A stretch of 64,000 bases of DNA, taken from the NCBI GenBank assembly GCA_002328075.1, contig DCVT01000015.1, positions 75,971-139,970 of the forward strand, written 5' to 3'. The notes under the pieces are model-generated. The model ran no database searches and was not told the origin of the DNA. It saw only the letters and a program-made list of their open reading frames with translations. Positions 26,567 to 36,025 of this stretch are shown in pieces. This stretch comes from Anaerolineales bacterium UBA2181. Its GTDB lineage: Bacteria > Chloroflexota > Anaerolineae > Promineifilales > UBA4811. Position numbers and translations under genes: made by a program. The number at the start of each line of letters is the position of its first letter. Within the stretch, counting starts at the first letter, position 1.

Positions 26567-27931
26567 ATGACGCAACAGCGATTCTTATTGCACGAACACG
26601 AGCTGCCCACGCACTGGTACAACATCATTGCGGACATGACCAACCCGCCGCCGCCATACCTGCACCCGGCCACCCTCCAACCATTGAGCCCGGAGGACCT
26701 GGCGCCGATCTTCCCGGCTGAGCTTATCCGACAGGAAGGAAGCAGCGAAAGATGGATCGAGATTCCGGATGAGGTGCGCCATCTCCTTCAGATGTGGAGG
26801 CCAACTCCTCTTTGCCGAGCGCTCCGCTGGGAAAAGGCGCTGGATACGCCGGCCCGAATCTATTACAAATGGGAGGGCGCTTCGCCTCCCGGTAGCCACA
26901 AACCCAATACCGCCGTAGCCCAGTGTTACTACGCGCGGAAGGAGGGGTTGCGCGGGTTCGCCACGGAGACAGGCGCGGGCCAATGGGGGAGTGCCCTCTG
27001 TTTCGCTGCCCAGTTCTTTGGCCTAGAGTGCCGCGTTTTCATGGTTACCAGCAGCTATCACCAGAAACCATACCGGCGGGTGGCCATGGAGACCTGGGGC
27101 GGCTCTGTAGTCCCGAGCCCGAGCAGCATGACCCAGGCTGGACGGGCGATCCTGGCGCGTGATCCCGAGACCAGCGGCAGCCTGGGAATGGCCATAAGTG
27201 AGGCCATCGAATACGCGGTCACCCACGAGGGGTTCAAGTACTCGTTGGGCAGCGTGGTCAACTTTGTTCTGTTGCATCAGACGGTCATTGGGTTGGAAGC
27301 TCAGAAACAGCTAGAGATGGCTGGGGACTATCCGGATATCGTGATTGCGTGCGCGGGCGGCGGTAGCAATGCGGCCGGCCTGATGTTTCCTTTCCTTAAG
27401 GAAAAGCTCAACGGCTCCCGGCCGAACCTGCGGGCGCTCTTTGTGGAATCGACTGCCTGCCCCAGCATGACGCGCGGGCTGTATGCCTACGATTGGGGCG
27501 ATACGGCCAAGACGGGGCCTGTGGCCAAAATGCGGACGGTAGGTCACGGGTTTGTCCCAGCGCCGGTGCACGCCGGCGGCCTTCGGTACCACGGGATGGC
27601 TCCCAGCATCTGCACCCTGTTGGAGCAGGGTTTTGCCGAAGCCCGTGCTTACCAGCAGAACGGCTGCTTTGACGTGGCGGTTGGATTTGCCCGCGCCGAA
27701 GGGCTCATTGTGGCGCCCGAGACTGCCCATGCGCTGCGCGCAGCATACGACGAGGCGCTAGCCTGCCGGGAGTCGGGTGAATCCAAGGTGATCCTGCTGA
27801 ACGCAAGCGGACATGGGCATTTTGACCTGGCAGCATACGACTCGTACCTACAGGGGGCTCTGCCCGACCATGACCTGGAGGAGGACCAGATTCGGCGGGC
27901 TTTGCTGGAACTGCCAACGGTTGCGGGTTAG
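26567..27931 (+). CDS. trpB: TrpB2-type tryptophan synthase beta-like PLP enzyme
   Basis: It has the long TrpB2 form (454 aa), the PLP-lysine context [10 protein letters not shown], and [16 protein letters not shown] serves as the RBS. Confidence 0.85.
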   Translation: MTQQRFLLHEHELPTHWYNIIADMTNPPPPYLHPATLQPLSPEDLAPIFPAELIRQEGSSERWIEIPDEVRHLLQMWRPTPLCRALRWEKALDTPARIYYKWEGASPPGSHKPNTAVAQCYYARKEGLRGFATETGAGQWGSALCFAAQFFGLECRVFMVTSSYHQKPYRRVAMETWGGSVVPSPSSMTQAGRAILARDPETSGSLGMAISEAIEYAVTHEGFKYSLGSVVNFVLLHQTVIGLEAQKQLEMAGDYPDIVIACAGGGSNAAGLMFPFLKEKLNGSRPNLRALFVESTACPSMTRGLYAYDWGDTAKTGPVAKMRTVGHGFVPAPVHAGGLRYHGMAPSICTLLEQGFAEARAYQQNGCFDVAVGFARAEGLIVAPETAHALRAAYDEALACRESGESKVILLNASGHGHFDLAAYDSYLQGALPDHDLEEDQIRRALLELPTVAG

Positions 27932-27946
27932 AACCTGTCTCACGTG

Positions 27947-27976
27947 GGATCAGGCCGCGCGCTGGCGGCCTGATCC
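27947..27976. terminator. Hairpin between convergent genes
   Basis: GGATCAGGCCGC-gcgctg-GCGGCCTGATCC forms a 12-bp perfect stem between trpB2 (+) and the gene at 27980 (-). There is no strong U tract. Confidence 0.45.
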
Positions 27977-27979
27977 ACT

Positions 27980-28645
27980 CTACGGTTTTGTGATGGTCAG
28001 GTTGTCAAACGACACCATGACACCTGGTTCGTCGAACGAGCCTGCATTCAGGCCAATGGCGCCTCGGGAATAGGTCTTGTCGTCCGCCTCAGTCAACTGC
28101 TCACCGTTTACCCAGAAAACAAAGTGGCTCCCCTGGGCCAGGACGCGAATTCGGTTTGTGCTTGCTCCCTGATGGATGGCCGTTGAGGGAACCCAATCTC
28201 CGGTCAACCAAGTCCATCTGCCTCCACCGGTGGGGTCTCGCCGTGTCACCGCATAGTACCCGTCACCGCTGATGTCAAAACGGTAGTAGGCTGTTGGGTC
28301 CTGGACCCGGAAAAGCACACCATAGCTGTTGTTATTCGGCCCTGAAACCTGGGTAGCTTCCACCTCCAAAACAAAGTCCCCAAACGTCCGGTCTGTGAGT
28401 TGTGCCCAGGTCACCAGGTTGGGCTCAAGGACGTTAAGCAGGAGCTGGCCATCCGCAATTCGGGCGCTTGCCTCCAGGTCAGCCTCCAGCACCCACTGAG
28501 ATTGGCTATCGTCAAAGCCGTCCCGGTAGAGGGCACCATTGGCGCCGGTGGCCAGCGGCAAGACGGAGCACTGCGCCATGCCTAGCAGGCTGGTCGTGAA
28601 CACCAAGAACCACACTAAGCGCAGACTCACTCGACTATGCGCCAT
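27980..28645 (-). CDS. Secreted hypothetical protein, concanavalin/LamG-like (DUF1080-like) fold suspected
   Basis: It has a signal peptide MAHSRVSLRLVWFLVFTTSLLGMAQC. Motifs NNNSYGVLFRV..YYRFDISGDGYYAV..FVFWVNGEQL are present. I take ATG 28645 as the start, 1 nt after the upstream stop, rather than the track start at 28699. Confidence 0.4.
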   Translation of the reverse strand: MAHSRVSLRLVWFLVFTTSLLGMAQCSVLPLATGANGALYRDGFDDSQSQWVLEADLEASARIADGQLLLNVLEPNLVTWAQLTDRTFGDFVLEVEATQVSGPNNNSYGVLFRVQDPTAYYRFDISGDGYYAVTRRDPTGGGRWTWLTGDWVPSTAIHQGASTNRIRVLAQGSHFVFWVNGEQLTEADDKTYSRGAIGLNAGSFDEPGVMVSFDNLTITKP

Positions 28646-28646
28646 T

Positions 28647-29333
28647 TTACTTGGCCTCCTGGCCGGGCCCGGAAACCTCCCAGGCCAGCAGATTGTCAAA
28701 ACGAATCTCTGTCGCGCCGTCCGAGTATGTGCTTACCAGGAAACCGACGTCGCCAGAGGTCAAATCGGTGTCCGAGACGCTGGCCAGTTGCTGTCCATTG
28801 ACGTAAAGCGCCAACTGGTCACCGTCGCACAGCGCCCGGATTTCGTTCACGGCATCGGGGCCGGTCTGAATTGCCTCACTGGGGAGAAGGTAGGTGCCAT
28901 CGCCCGACAGCACCAAGAACGGCGATGCGCCGATCACCTTGACAATGGCGTAATAGCCGTCGCTGCTGACCAGAAATGCGTAAAAATGGTTCAGGTCCCG
29001 GTAGCGGCAGAGCAACCCATGATTGTTATCCGATGATCCATCTGCCAACCGGGCATCGACCTGCAATAGCACGTTATCCCATTCGGCGCCGACGACTGAA
29101 ACCGCCGACGTATTGATCTGATGTACCACCATGGAATACTCGCTGCCGGAATAACCAGCCGAAGCGTCTTTGCGGTCGTACTGATCCCAACCGCACGCGG
29201 TATCATTGAAATTGTCTTCCAACAGAGCCTTGTCCGTGCGGCACCGTTGGACATTGCTGCTGCAAGTTGAGGCAACCAGGAGCAAGACTAACAGAAAGAG
29301 ATGGTGACTGCGGATCATGGGTGCGACTCTCAA
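28647..29333 (-). CDS. Secreted/lipoprotein paralog of 27980..28645
   Basis: It has a signal peptide with a Cys (LLLVASTCSS) and the same motif series (DNNHGLLCRY..FYAFLVSSDGYYAI..LALYVNGQQL). Confidence 0.4.
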   Translation of the reverse strand: MRVAPMIRSHHLFLLVLLLVASTCSSNVQRCRTDKALLEDNFNDTACGWDQYDRKDASAGYSGSEYSMVVHQINTSAVSVVGAEWDNVLLQVDARLADGSSDNNHGLLCRYRDLNHFYAFLVSSDGYYAIVKVIGASPFLVLSGDGTYLLPSEAIQTGPDAVNEIRALCDGDQLALYVNGQQLASVSDTDLTSGDVGFLVSTYSDGATEIRFDNLLAWEVSGPGQEAK

Positions 29334-29466
29334 TGTAATCAGTCGTCAAGCGGGTCGATGTACCCAACCGATACCGGAATTATGGCCATCTTGATCGCCT
29401 TGTCAAGCGATGGGACAAACGGGGGTGTCAGCCAATCTCAGATTCAGAATCTGTGATACGCAGGCC

Positions 29467-29513
29467 TTGACATGTCGCCCAAAAAGGCGTATACTATACC
29501 CTAGTATAGTATA
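29467..29513 (+). promoter_or_regulatory. Consensus promoter with overlapping perfect palindromic operator
   Basis: TTGACA (29467-72), a 17-nt spacer, then TATACT (29490-95). The inverted repeat TATACTATAC-ccta-GTATAGTATA spans 29490-29513, overlapping the -10 element and the likely transcription start. Confidence 0.55.
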
Positions 29514-29531
29514 AAGGCAGAAAGAAACACA

Positions 29532-29801
29532 GTGCAAGTAATCGCCGATGAAGTCAAAACCGACTTGCGAACGCGCCTGCGACGTATCGAGGGTCAGATG
29601 CGAGGCGTACAAAAGATGCTGGACGAGAACCGAGACTGCCAGGAGGTTCTGCAGCAACTGGCGGCAGCGCGCGCGGCGTTTCAGAACGCAAGCCTGATTT
29701 TCGCGCGCAATTATGCACTGCAGTGTCTGCACGATCCGCAGGCCAAGCTGACCGACGAGGAGATGGTCGAGCAGTTGGTGTCGGTTCTATCCAAAGCGTA
29801 A
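29532..29801 (+). CDS. CsoR/RcnR/CstR-family (DUF156) metal- or thiol-sensing repressor
   Basis: LRRIEGQMRGVQKML..C..LQQL..is the family core. It has a GTG start at 29532. The two Cys (DCQEV, LQCLH) have Tyr at the position of the CsoR copper-ligand His. Confidence 0.8.
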   Translation: MQVIADEVKTDLRTRLRRIEGQMRGVQKMLDENRDCQEVLQQLAAARAAFQNASLIFARNYALQCLHDPQAKLTDEEMVEQLVSVLSKA

Positions 29802-29821
29802 ATCAATCCAGGAGGTGTATC

Positions 29822-30472
29822 ATGCCCATGCTAGACGAAAAGATCCGGCAGGAAGTCCAAAACGCGCTGGGTGAATTGGCGGACCCCGTTCGGCTGGTTG
29901 TTTTTACTCAGGAGTTCGAATGCCAGTTCTGCCGCGAGAATCGGCAATTGGCCGAGGAGGTAGCAGCGCTGAATCCCCAGATCAGCACCGAGGTGTACAA
30001 TTATGTCTTGGACAGGGTACAGGTGGAGCAGTATGGAATCGATCAGATTCCGGCCATCGCCGTGATCGGTGAGAAGGATTACGGAATACGGTTCTATGGC
30101 ATCCCATCCGGTTACGAGTTTGGCTCCTTGATCCAGGCGATCCAGTTGGTGAGCGCTGGCCAACCGCTGCTGACTGATGAGGGTCTCAAGTTCATCGAGA
30201 GTGTTGAGCAGCCGTTGAACCTGCAGGTGTTTGTCACACCGACGTGTCCCTACTGCCCTCAGGCAGTGCTGCTGGCTTTCAACCTGGCGCTGGCTAACGA
30301 TCAGGTACGGGCGTCGATGGTTGAGGCCAGCGAGTTTCCTCATCTGGCCATCAAGTACCAGGTGATGGGGGTGCCGCGCACTGTCATCAACGAAGACTAT
30401 CACATCGAGGGAGCGGCGCCAGAGCCGATGGTATTGGACAAGATTCGCGAAGCATTGGACGAAAGCGAGTAG
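29822..30472 (+). CDS. Glutaredoxin-like protein disulfide oxidoreductase (two thioredoxin folds)
   Basis: It carries two CxxC sites (CQFC and CPYC) in two thioredoxin-like halves. AGGAGG serves as the RBS. Confidence 0.7.
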   Translation: MPMLDEKIRQEVQNALGELADPVRLVVFTQEFECQFCRENRQLAEEVAALNPQISTEVYNYVLDRVQVEQYGIDQIPAIAVIGEKDYGIRFYGIPSGYEFGSLIQAIQLVSAGQPLLTDEGLKFIESVEQPLNLQVFVTPTCPYCPQAVLLAFNLALANDQVRASMVEASEFPHLAIKYQVMGVPRTVINEDYHIEGAAPEPMVLDKIREALDESE

Positions 30473-30477
30473 AACAA

Positions 30478-30912
30478 GTGGCTGGAAAAAAGCAGGTCCG
30501 TGTGAACACTGTTTGGCAAGGTGGGTTCGCCTTTTCGGGCTCAAATGAGGCCGGTCAGACCGTCCTTATGGACTCTCCACTGGCCGAGACGGGACCCAAG
30601 GGCCCCTCGCCCATGCAGTTGTTGCTGATCAGCCTGGCAGGCTGCACCGCGATGGACGTCATCGGCATTTTGGAGAAAAAGCGACAGCGGGTGACCGGTT
30701 TTGAGGTCAACGTGGTGGGGGATCGAGTTCCAGATCCTCCTCAGCGTTTCGAAAACATCGAAATGGAGTTCGTCGTGCGCGGCCATCAAATAGATGCGGT
30801 TGCGGTGGAGCGAGCGATTGAACTCTCTGAAAACAAGTATTGCTCAGTTTCAGCCAATCTGCGTCCGTCGGCTCGAATATCATCGCGGTATCGCATCGTA
30901 GAGGAGAACTGA
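30478..30912 (+). CDS. OsmC-family peroxiredoxin-like protein
   Basis: The two OsmC Cys contexts are present (LAGCTAMDV and NKYCSVSANL). It has a GTG start. Confidence 0.8.
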   Translation: MAGKKQVRVNTVWQGGFAFSGSNEAGQTVLMDSPLAETGPKGPSPMQLLLISLAGCTAMDVIGILEKKRQRVTGFEVNVVGDRVPDPPQRFENIEMEFVVRGHQIDAVAVERAIELSENKYCSVSANLRPSARISSRYRIVEEN

Positions 30913-30914
30913 CC

Positions 30915-31313
30915 ATGGCGGTGACGGTCAAGTGGTTGGAGAGCCGGCAGTTTGTCGGTACTGACAGCACGGGTCATTCGGTGGTGCTGTCGTCACCGGC
31001 CGATGGGGTAGGGGTGAAACCTTCGGATCTGCTGCTGTTAGCGCTCGCCGGATGCACTGCTTACGACGTGGTGGACATACTGGAAAAGAAGCGGAAAAAA
31101 CTGCGAAAACTTGCCATTGAGGTGAGTGCTGAACAGGAAAAAGAGCCACCCTGGACCTTCCGTCGCATCCATGCGGTGTACCGGCTGACCGGTGACCTGG
31201 ACGAGCGCGCGGTTCGTCAAGCCATCCAACTCTCCGAGGAAAAGTACTGCGCGGTTGCTGCAACGCTGCGTGGTGCAGCCCAACTCACCTCCGAGTACAC
31301 CATCGATCGTTAG
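30915..31313 (+). CDS. OsmC-family protein (second copy)
   Basis: LAGCTAYDV and EKYCAVAATL. ATG 30915 is preceded by GAGGAG. Confidence 0.8.
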   Translation: MAVTVKWLESRQFVGTDSTGHSVVLSSPADGVGVKPSDLLLLALAGCTAYDVVDILEKKRKKLRKLAIEVSAEQEKEPPWTFRRIHAVYRLTGDLDERAVRQAIQLSEEKYCAVAATLRGAAQLTSEYTIDR

Positions 31314-31458
31314 TCGCACCGGTTTGTCGGGCTGCTTGGCGCGACATGCCGGCTGCTGAACTGGGACGCTCGATCGATTCGTGACCGGTTCCGGTGTTGG
31401 TGGTCCGCAAGTGGTCTGACATTGGCGCTACCGAGCCTAGGCTGTACAGGGTTAGCAA

Positions 31459-32157
31459 ATGACTGATGATACCGGCCGATACGATGTCACGCGGTACCAG
31501 CGCCCGTCGGTGACTGTTGACGTAGTCATATTCACGCTCTGTAACCAGGAGCTGCAAGTGCTGCTCATTCAACGGGCGCGGTGGCCATATGAAGGTTGCT
31601 GGGCGCTTCCTGGTGGTTTTGTTGAGATAGATGAGCCGCTGGAGAGGGCAGCTGTCCGTGAGCTGGAAGAGGAAACCGGCGTGACCGACGTCTATCTGGA
31701 ACAGCTATTCACGTTTGGCCGGACGGATCGGGACCCGCGCAGCCGCGTCATCACGGTGGCGTACCTGGCTTTGGTGGCAGCCGAGCGCATCCGGCCGCGT
31801 GCTGGTGATGATGCAACCGATGCCCGTTGGTGGTCGACGTACGCCTTGCCCGCGCTGGCGTTCGACCACAGGCAGATTCTGGATTATGCGCTTACCCGTC
31901 TGCGCTACAAATTGGAATACACGGCGGTCGGTTTTGAATTGTTGCCCCAAGAGTTCACCCTGGCTGAGCTGCAGGGGACGTATGAGATCATCGTGGGGGA
32001 GACACTGGACAAGGCCAACTTTCGGAAGAAGCTTACCCGGGCCAATGTGATCGAGCCCACAGGTCAATTTCGCCAAACCGCCGGCCGGCCTGCGCGCCTT
32101 TACCGCTATCGCGAAGATGCTGTGGCGGAGGTCAAAGCACGCCGACTTTTTCCTTGA
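31459..32157 (+). CDS. nrtR: Nudix-domain transcriptional regulator, NrtR-like
   Basis: It has a Nudix box (GGFVEIDEPLERAAVRELEEETGV) plus a C-terminal winged-helix-like segment (FTLAELQGTYEIIVGETLDKANFRKKL). It lies directly upstream of NAD salvage genes. Confidence 0.65.
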   Translation: MTDDTGRYDVTRYQRPSVTVDVVIFTLCNQELQVLLIQRARWPYEGCWALPGGFVEIDEPLERAAVRELEEETGVTDVYLEQLFTFGRTDRDPRSRVITVAYLALVAAERIRPRAGDDATDARWWSTYALPALAFDHRQILDYALTRLRYKLEYTAVGFELLPQEFTLAELQGTYEIIVGETLDKANFRKKLTRANVIEPTGQFRQTAGRPARLYRYREDAVAEVKARRLFP

Positions 32158-32179
32158 GCTGACCCCACCAGGCAGATCG

Positions 32180-32207
32180 TTGACAACCCGAATCCGGGCG
32201 TTATACT
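32180..32207 (+). promoter_or_regulatory. Possible promoter for the NAD salvage genes
   Basis: TTGACA (32180-85), a 16-nt spacer, then TATACT (32202-07). Confidence 0.4.
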
Positions 32208-32277
32208 TTTGGTAGTTGGTACATTAAATACTGCCGGGATAGCACAGCGCCAACAGCGCCTAATTGAGGAGCCAAGG

Positions 32278-32991
32278 ATGGATACGGTGACGCTGATCAA
32301 CAAGAGCCGACCGTTCCTGGAGTGGGTGGTGGGCTGGTACAACGGATTGGTTCGCCTGCCACTGACAGAAGTAGTGGTTAAACCAGAGCGGACGGTGGTA
32401 CTTGCGGTTGATGTGTTGCGTGGTTTCTGTTATGAGGGTCCGCTCTCCAGCCCGCGTGTCGCGGCAATTGTGCCTCCCATTGTGCGCCTGTTCCGGGCGG
32501 CGTATGACCTGGGTGTTCGGTCGTTTGTTCTGCCGCAGGAAGCGCATCCGGCCGATGCCATCGAATTTGATAGCTATGGGCCCCATTGTATTGCTGGCAC
32601 GCGAGAGGCCGAGACCGTACCCGAATTGTTGGAGCTGAGTTTTGCCGACCTGTTTGTGGTGGTGCCCAAGAACTCGGTGAACCCGTTTATGGAGACCGGT
32701 TTGGGTGACTGGCTGGATGCTCACCCGGAACTCGACACCTATATTGTTGTCGGTGATTGCACCGACATCTGCACCTATCAACTGGCCATCAACCTGCGGC
32801 TGCGAGCCAATGCCAGGCAGCGAGCCGGGGTGCGGGTCATCGTGCCGGCGGACGCAGCGGACACGTACGACCTGCCGGTTCCCGTGGCGGCGCAACTCGG
32901 TGCGGTGCCGCATGACGGTGATCTCTTGCATCTGCTCTTTATGTATCATCTCATGCTGAATGGCGTACAGGTGGTGGCCGGGTTTGAATAG
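32278..32991 (+). CDS. pncA: Isochorismatase-family cysteine hydrolase, candidate nicotinamidase
   Basis: LAVDVLRGF and IVVGDCTDICT are isochorismatase-like motifs. It sits between nrtR and nadE/pncB. ATG 32278 is preceded by GAGGAG. Confidence 0.6.
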   Translation: MDTVTLINKSRPFLEWVVGWYNGLVRLPLTEVVVKPERTVVLAVDVLRGFCYEGPLSSPRVAAIVPPIVRLFRAAYDLGVRSFVLPQEAHPADAIEFDSYGPHCIAGTREAETVPELLELSFADLFVVVPKNSVNPFMETGLGDWLDAHPELDTYIVVGDCTDICTYQLAINLRLRANARQRAGVRVIVPADAADTYDLPVPVAAQLGAVPHDGDLLHLLFMYHLMLNGVQVVAGFE

Positions 32992-33004
32992 GCCTTGCCA
33001 TATT

Positions 33005-33796
33005 ATGTCGTCAGATCGTGCTGACATGGAGGCAAAGATGGAACGCGTTGCAGTGCAGATCGCCGATTGGATGCGTGCATATGCGGCCTCGGCTGGTGCC
33101 TATGGATTTGTGGTCGGCCTGAGCGGCGGGGTGGATTCGGCCTGCACCGCCGCCCTTGCCCAGAGAGCAATGGGGAGCGCGGTGTTGGGTGTCGTGATGC
33201 CGTGCCACTCTGACCGGTTGGACAGCGAGTTCGCCGAGATGGTGGCTATCGCCCTGGGGCTGGAAACGGTCCATGTGGACTTGAGCCCGGTGTTTGACCA
33301 GATGCAGCAAGTGCTATCGCTGGCCAAGACCGAGGCAGGCGGCTCTGGTGAGCGCTCGATGGCACAGGCCAATATCAAACCGCGGTTGCGCATGCTGACA
33401 CTGTATTACTATGCTGCAGAGCGTGGCTACCTGGTGGCGGGAACGGGCAACAAGTCCGAGATCATGATCGGTTACTTTACCAAATATGGTGACGGCGGCG
33501 TCGACCTGGAGCCCTTGGGGGACTTGTACAAGGGTCAAGTGCGAGCGCTGGCTGCTGTCCTGGGAGTCCCGACCGCGGTCATCGACCGAGCGCCTTCGGC
33601 CGGATTGTGGCCCGGTCAGACCGACGAGGGCGAAATGGGGATTCGCTATGACCAGCTGGATGCGGCCCTGGCTGCTATCGAATCCGGCTACAAGGGTTCG
33701 GTTCCGCCCGACCTGCTGGCGCGTGTCCAGGATATGATCGATGGTTCGGAGCACAAGCGCCGTGTACCGCCAATCTGCCGGCTGGGGCTGCGATAA
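33005..33796 (+). CDS. nadE: NH3-dependent NAD+ synthetase
   Basis: SGGVDSA P-loop, GTGNKSE and YFTKYGDGG. The start is ambiguous (ATG 33005 or 33026). Confidence 0.85.
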   Translation: MSSDRADMEAKMERVAVQIADWMRAYAASAGAYGFVVGLSGGVDSACTAALAQRAMGSAVLGVVMPCHSDRLDSEFAEMVAIALGLETVHVDLSPVFDQMQQVLSLAKTEAGGSGERSMAQANIKPRLRMLTLYYYAAERGYLVAGTGNKSEIMIGYFTKYGDGGVDLEPLGDLYKGQVRALAAVLGVPTAVIDRAPSAGLWPGQTDEGEMGIRYDQLDAALAAIESGYKGSVPPDLLARVQDMIDGSEHKRRVPPICRLGLR

Positions 33797-33940
33797 CACG
33801 GAAACCGGCGGGTCCGCGCATCAGGCGGCGAGTATCATGGAATTGGTCTGGCCTGGAGCCACCGGCGAAAAGCGCCTGGTGCGCTGAGGGCAGACGCGGC
33901 ACTGGATCCGTGGCCAAAGAAGAAATCTGATGGGAGTGGA

Positions 33941-35305
33941 ATGATGACTCTGTTCAACCGGAGTCGGCTGAGCAATGCCACGTTCAAACTGGACGTAGAA
34001 CGAATGCGTCGTGGTTGGTACTCGGACAAGTATTTTGCCAACGTTATTGCCATGTTGGAGGGGGTGGCGGATGCCGGACAGTGGCCTGTTCCGCGATATG
34101 CTCGACCCCTGGGCCTTTGTCTGGATGACCTCAAGTTGGGCGATATCGAGGTGGAGATGCAGTTCTTCACCCGCCGGCGGCCAAACACGGTGGTCGTGGG
34201 CGTTGACAAGGCACTGGCGATGTTACGCCACTGCACTGGGTTTGTGGACCCAGACGGGCGTTTTGTGGAGACCTGGCAAAACCTCAGGGTGGAGGCCGTG
34301 CACGATGGTGCCACGGTGTTGTACGACGGAGATCCCTCTCGCATCCAGCCGGTCATCAAGGTTCGCGGCCGGTATCGAGATTTCGCCCTGTTAGAGACCC
34401 CGATCCTTGGGATCCTCGGGCGCGCCAGCCGGATCGCCACGAATGTCTACCGAACGCTGGTGGCAGCCCGGGGAAAGCCGGTTCTGTTCTTTCCGGCCCG
34501 CTTCGACGTGCACGAGGTCCAGGCGGCCGATGGATATGCCTATAGCGTGGCGGTGCAACGCTTCGCGTATGACCGTGGGGCGCAGCCCCAGTCCTATGTC
34601 AGCACCGATGCCCAGGGCGAGTGGTGGGGAGGGCATGGAGGCGGGACGGTGGCGCATGCAGCCATTGCCTGTTTTCTGGGTGACATTTCCGCAGCTATGC
34701 TGGCCTTTGCCCGTTTCAGGCCGCCCGAGGTTCCGCGCATTGCTCTGGTCGATTTCGAAAACGATTCGGTAACCGACTCGCTTCGGACGTTGGAGGCGAT
34801 GTTCAACGAACATCGCCGATGGACTGACGCAGGACAACCAGAACAAGCCCGCAAGTACGTGCTGTATGGCGTCCGATTGGACACCAGCGGCGCAGTCCGT
34901 GATGTGAATGTCCCACCTCTGGGTTTGGCCCAACTGGACCTGGGCGTGGTGCCGCGGCTAGTTTTCGCCGTGCGCGAAGCGCTGGACGGCGCGTGGCTGG
35001 CGTGGGACCTGCCGGCCGAGTGGGTGGACCGGGCGAAATCCTATTGCCGAGATGTCAGGATCGTGGTCACGGGCGGATTTGACCCAGAAAAAATCGACTG
35101 GTTTGAGACCCTGGGTGTGCCGGCGGATATCTATGGTGTCGGTTCCTCGCTCATGTCCAACGATGCCAGCCTGGGCACCAACACTGATTTCACCGCCGAT
35201 GTGGTACGGGTGCGCGTGAACGGCGAATGGGTGGAGATGGGCAAGGTCGGTCGGACGCCGTGCCACAATCCGGAGCTTGAGCCGGTCGACCTGGCAGGGC
35301 TGTGA
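33941..35305 (+). CDS. pncB: Nicotinate phosphoribosyltransferase family protein
   Basis: DKYF near the N-terminus, LLETPILG, GVRLDTSG and a C-terminal GVGS are typical of the NAPRTase family. Confidence 0.75.
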   Translation: MMTLFNRSRLSNATFKLDVERMRRGWYSDKYFANVIAMLEGVADAGQWPVPRYARPLGLCLDDLKLGDIEVEMQFFTRRRPNTVVVGVDKALAMLRHCTGFVDPDGRFVETWQNLRVEAVHDGATVLYDGDPSRIQPVIKVRGRYRDFALLETPILGILGRASRIATNVYRTLVAARGKPVLFFPARFDVHEVQAADGYAYSVAVQRFAYDRGAQPQSYVSTDAQGEWWGGHGGGTVAHAAIACFLGDISAAMLAFARFRPPEVPRIALVDFENDSVTDSLRTLEAMFNEHRRWTDAGQPEQARKYVLYGVRLDTSGAVRDVNVPPLGLAQLDLGVVPRLVFAVREALDGAWLAWDLPAEWVDRAKSYCRDVRIVVTGGFDPEKIDWFETLGVPADIYGVGSSLMSNDASLGTNTDFTADVVRVRVNGEWVEMGKVGRTPCHNPELEPVDLAGL

Positions 35306-35381
35306 TGGCAGCCTAAATGCCGTCCCACCGTCAGATCGGTGGGTGCCAATGCGTGTGGCTCATGGCGTTGCCGCAAGCAAC

Positions 35382-35669
35382 TCAACTGCGAATGAACCCA
35401 CGAAGGAGTCCCAGCAACCCTGCGCCAATGAGCCCCACCCCGATAATGATGGGCCATTCGATCCCAAGCGTGATTACCAGCGTCAGACCTCCGAAAAAGA
35501 GCAGTGATCCGAGACCGTTGATCCAGCGACCCCTGACGGCCTGGTTGGCCAGACTGGCCACGCCGATGACCAACAGGATGCCAGGGAAGAACCACTTGAA
35601 CAGAAAGATCATGCCTAAACCGACCAAGAACACGCCGGCTCCCACGGCGTCCGCGTTTTCCGGTTTCAT
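35382..35669 (-). CDS. Small integral membrane protein (3 predicted TM helices)
   Basis: The 95-aa ORF is almost entirely hydrophobic/Gly-rich segments. I recognise no family. Confidence 0.4.
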   Translation of the reverse strand: MKPENADAVGAGVFLVGLGMIFLFKWFFPGILLVIGVASLANQAVRGRWINGLGSLLFFGGLTLVITLGIEWPIIIGVGLIGAGLLGLLRGFIRS

Positions 35670-35955
35670 ACCAACCTCCTTCTACACCCAAGTCCCTATG
35701 TTAGTACGCCGCAGCGATCAATCAGTTGCAGCGCTATTCTGGAAGGATCATGTCATTTTGTTGTGTGGCTCCAAACCCTATGGGTTCACTGATTCGGCCT
35801 GAGCACGTAGGCTTGCCCGGCCTTCCCAACCGAGCCCGCATGGCTCGTTCTGCCTGCAACCGGCCGCGGGCAGTAGCCTGAGCGTGTTCCGACTCCATCG
35901 GGAAGGATGCCAGCCACCCCCTGAGGTGCCACTCCGGCCCGCCACCCCAAATGCC

Positions 35956-35990
35956 AAGAGGACCCGTGAGCCAAGCTCACGGGTCCTCTT
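35956..35990 (-). terminator. Terminator hairpin downstream of tRNA-Asn
   Basis: AAGAGGACCCGTGAGC-caa-GCTCACGGGTCCTCTT forms a 16-bp perfect stem 35 nt past the tRNA 3' end on the minus strand. Confidence 0.55.
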
Positions 35991-36025
35991 GCGCACTGTG
36001 TCGCCACGGTAGGTCGGCGATCCCT

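Noticed and set aside
35775-35790. 12-mer CCCTATGGGTTC (followed a few nt later by ACTGAT) shared between 35778-35789 and 52350-52361, considered as a repeat element or sRNA motif
   Set aside because: There are only two copies. One is simply the stop-codon region of the pseudokinase gene (..RNP*). Flanking similarity is weak, and a hairpin forms in only one copy. The evidence is insufficient, but the 290-nt ORF-free stretch at 35670-35955 remains unexplained.
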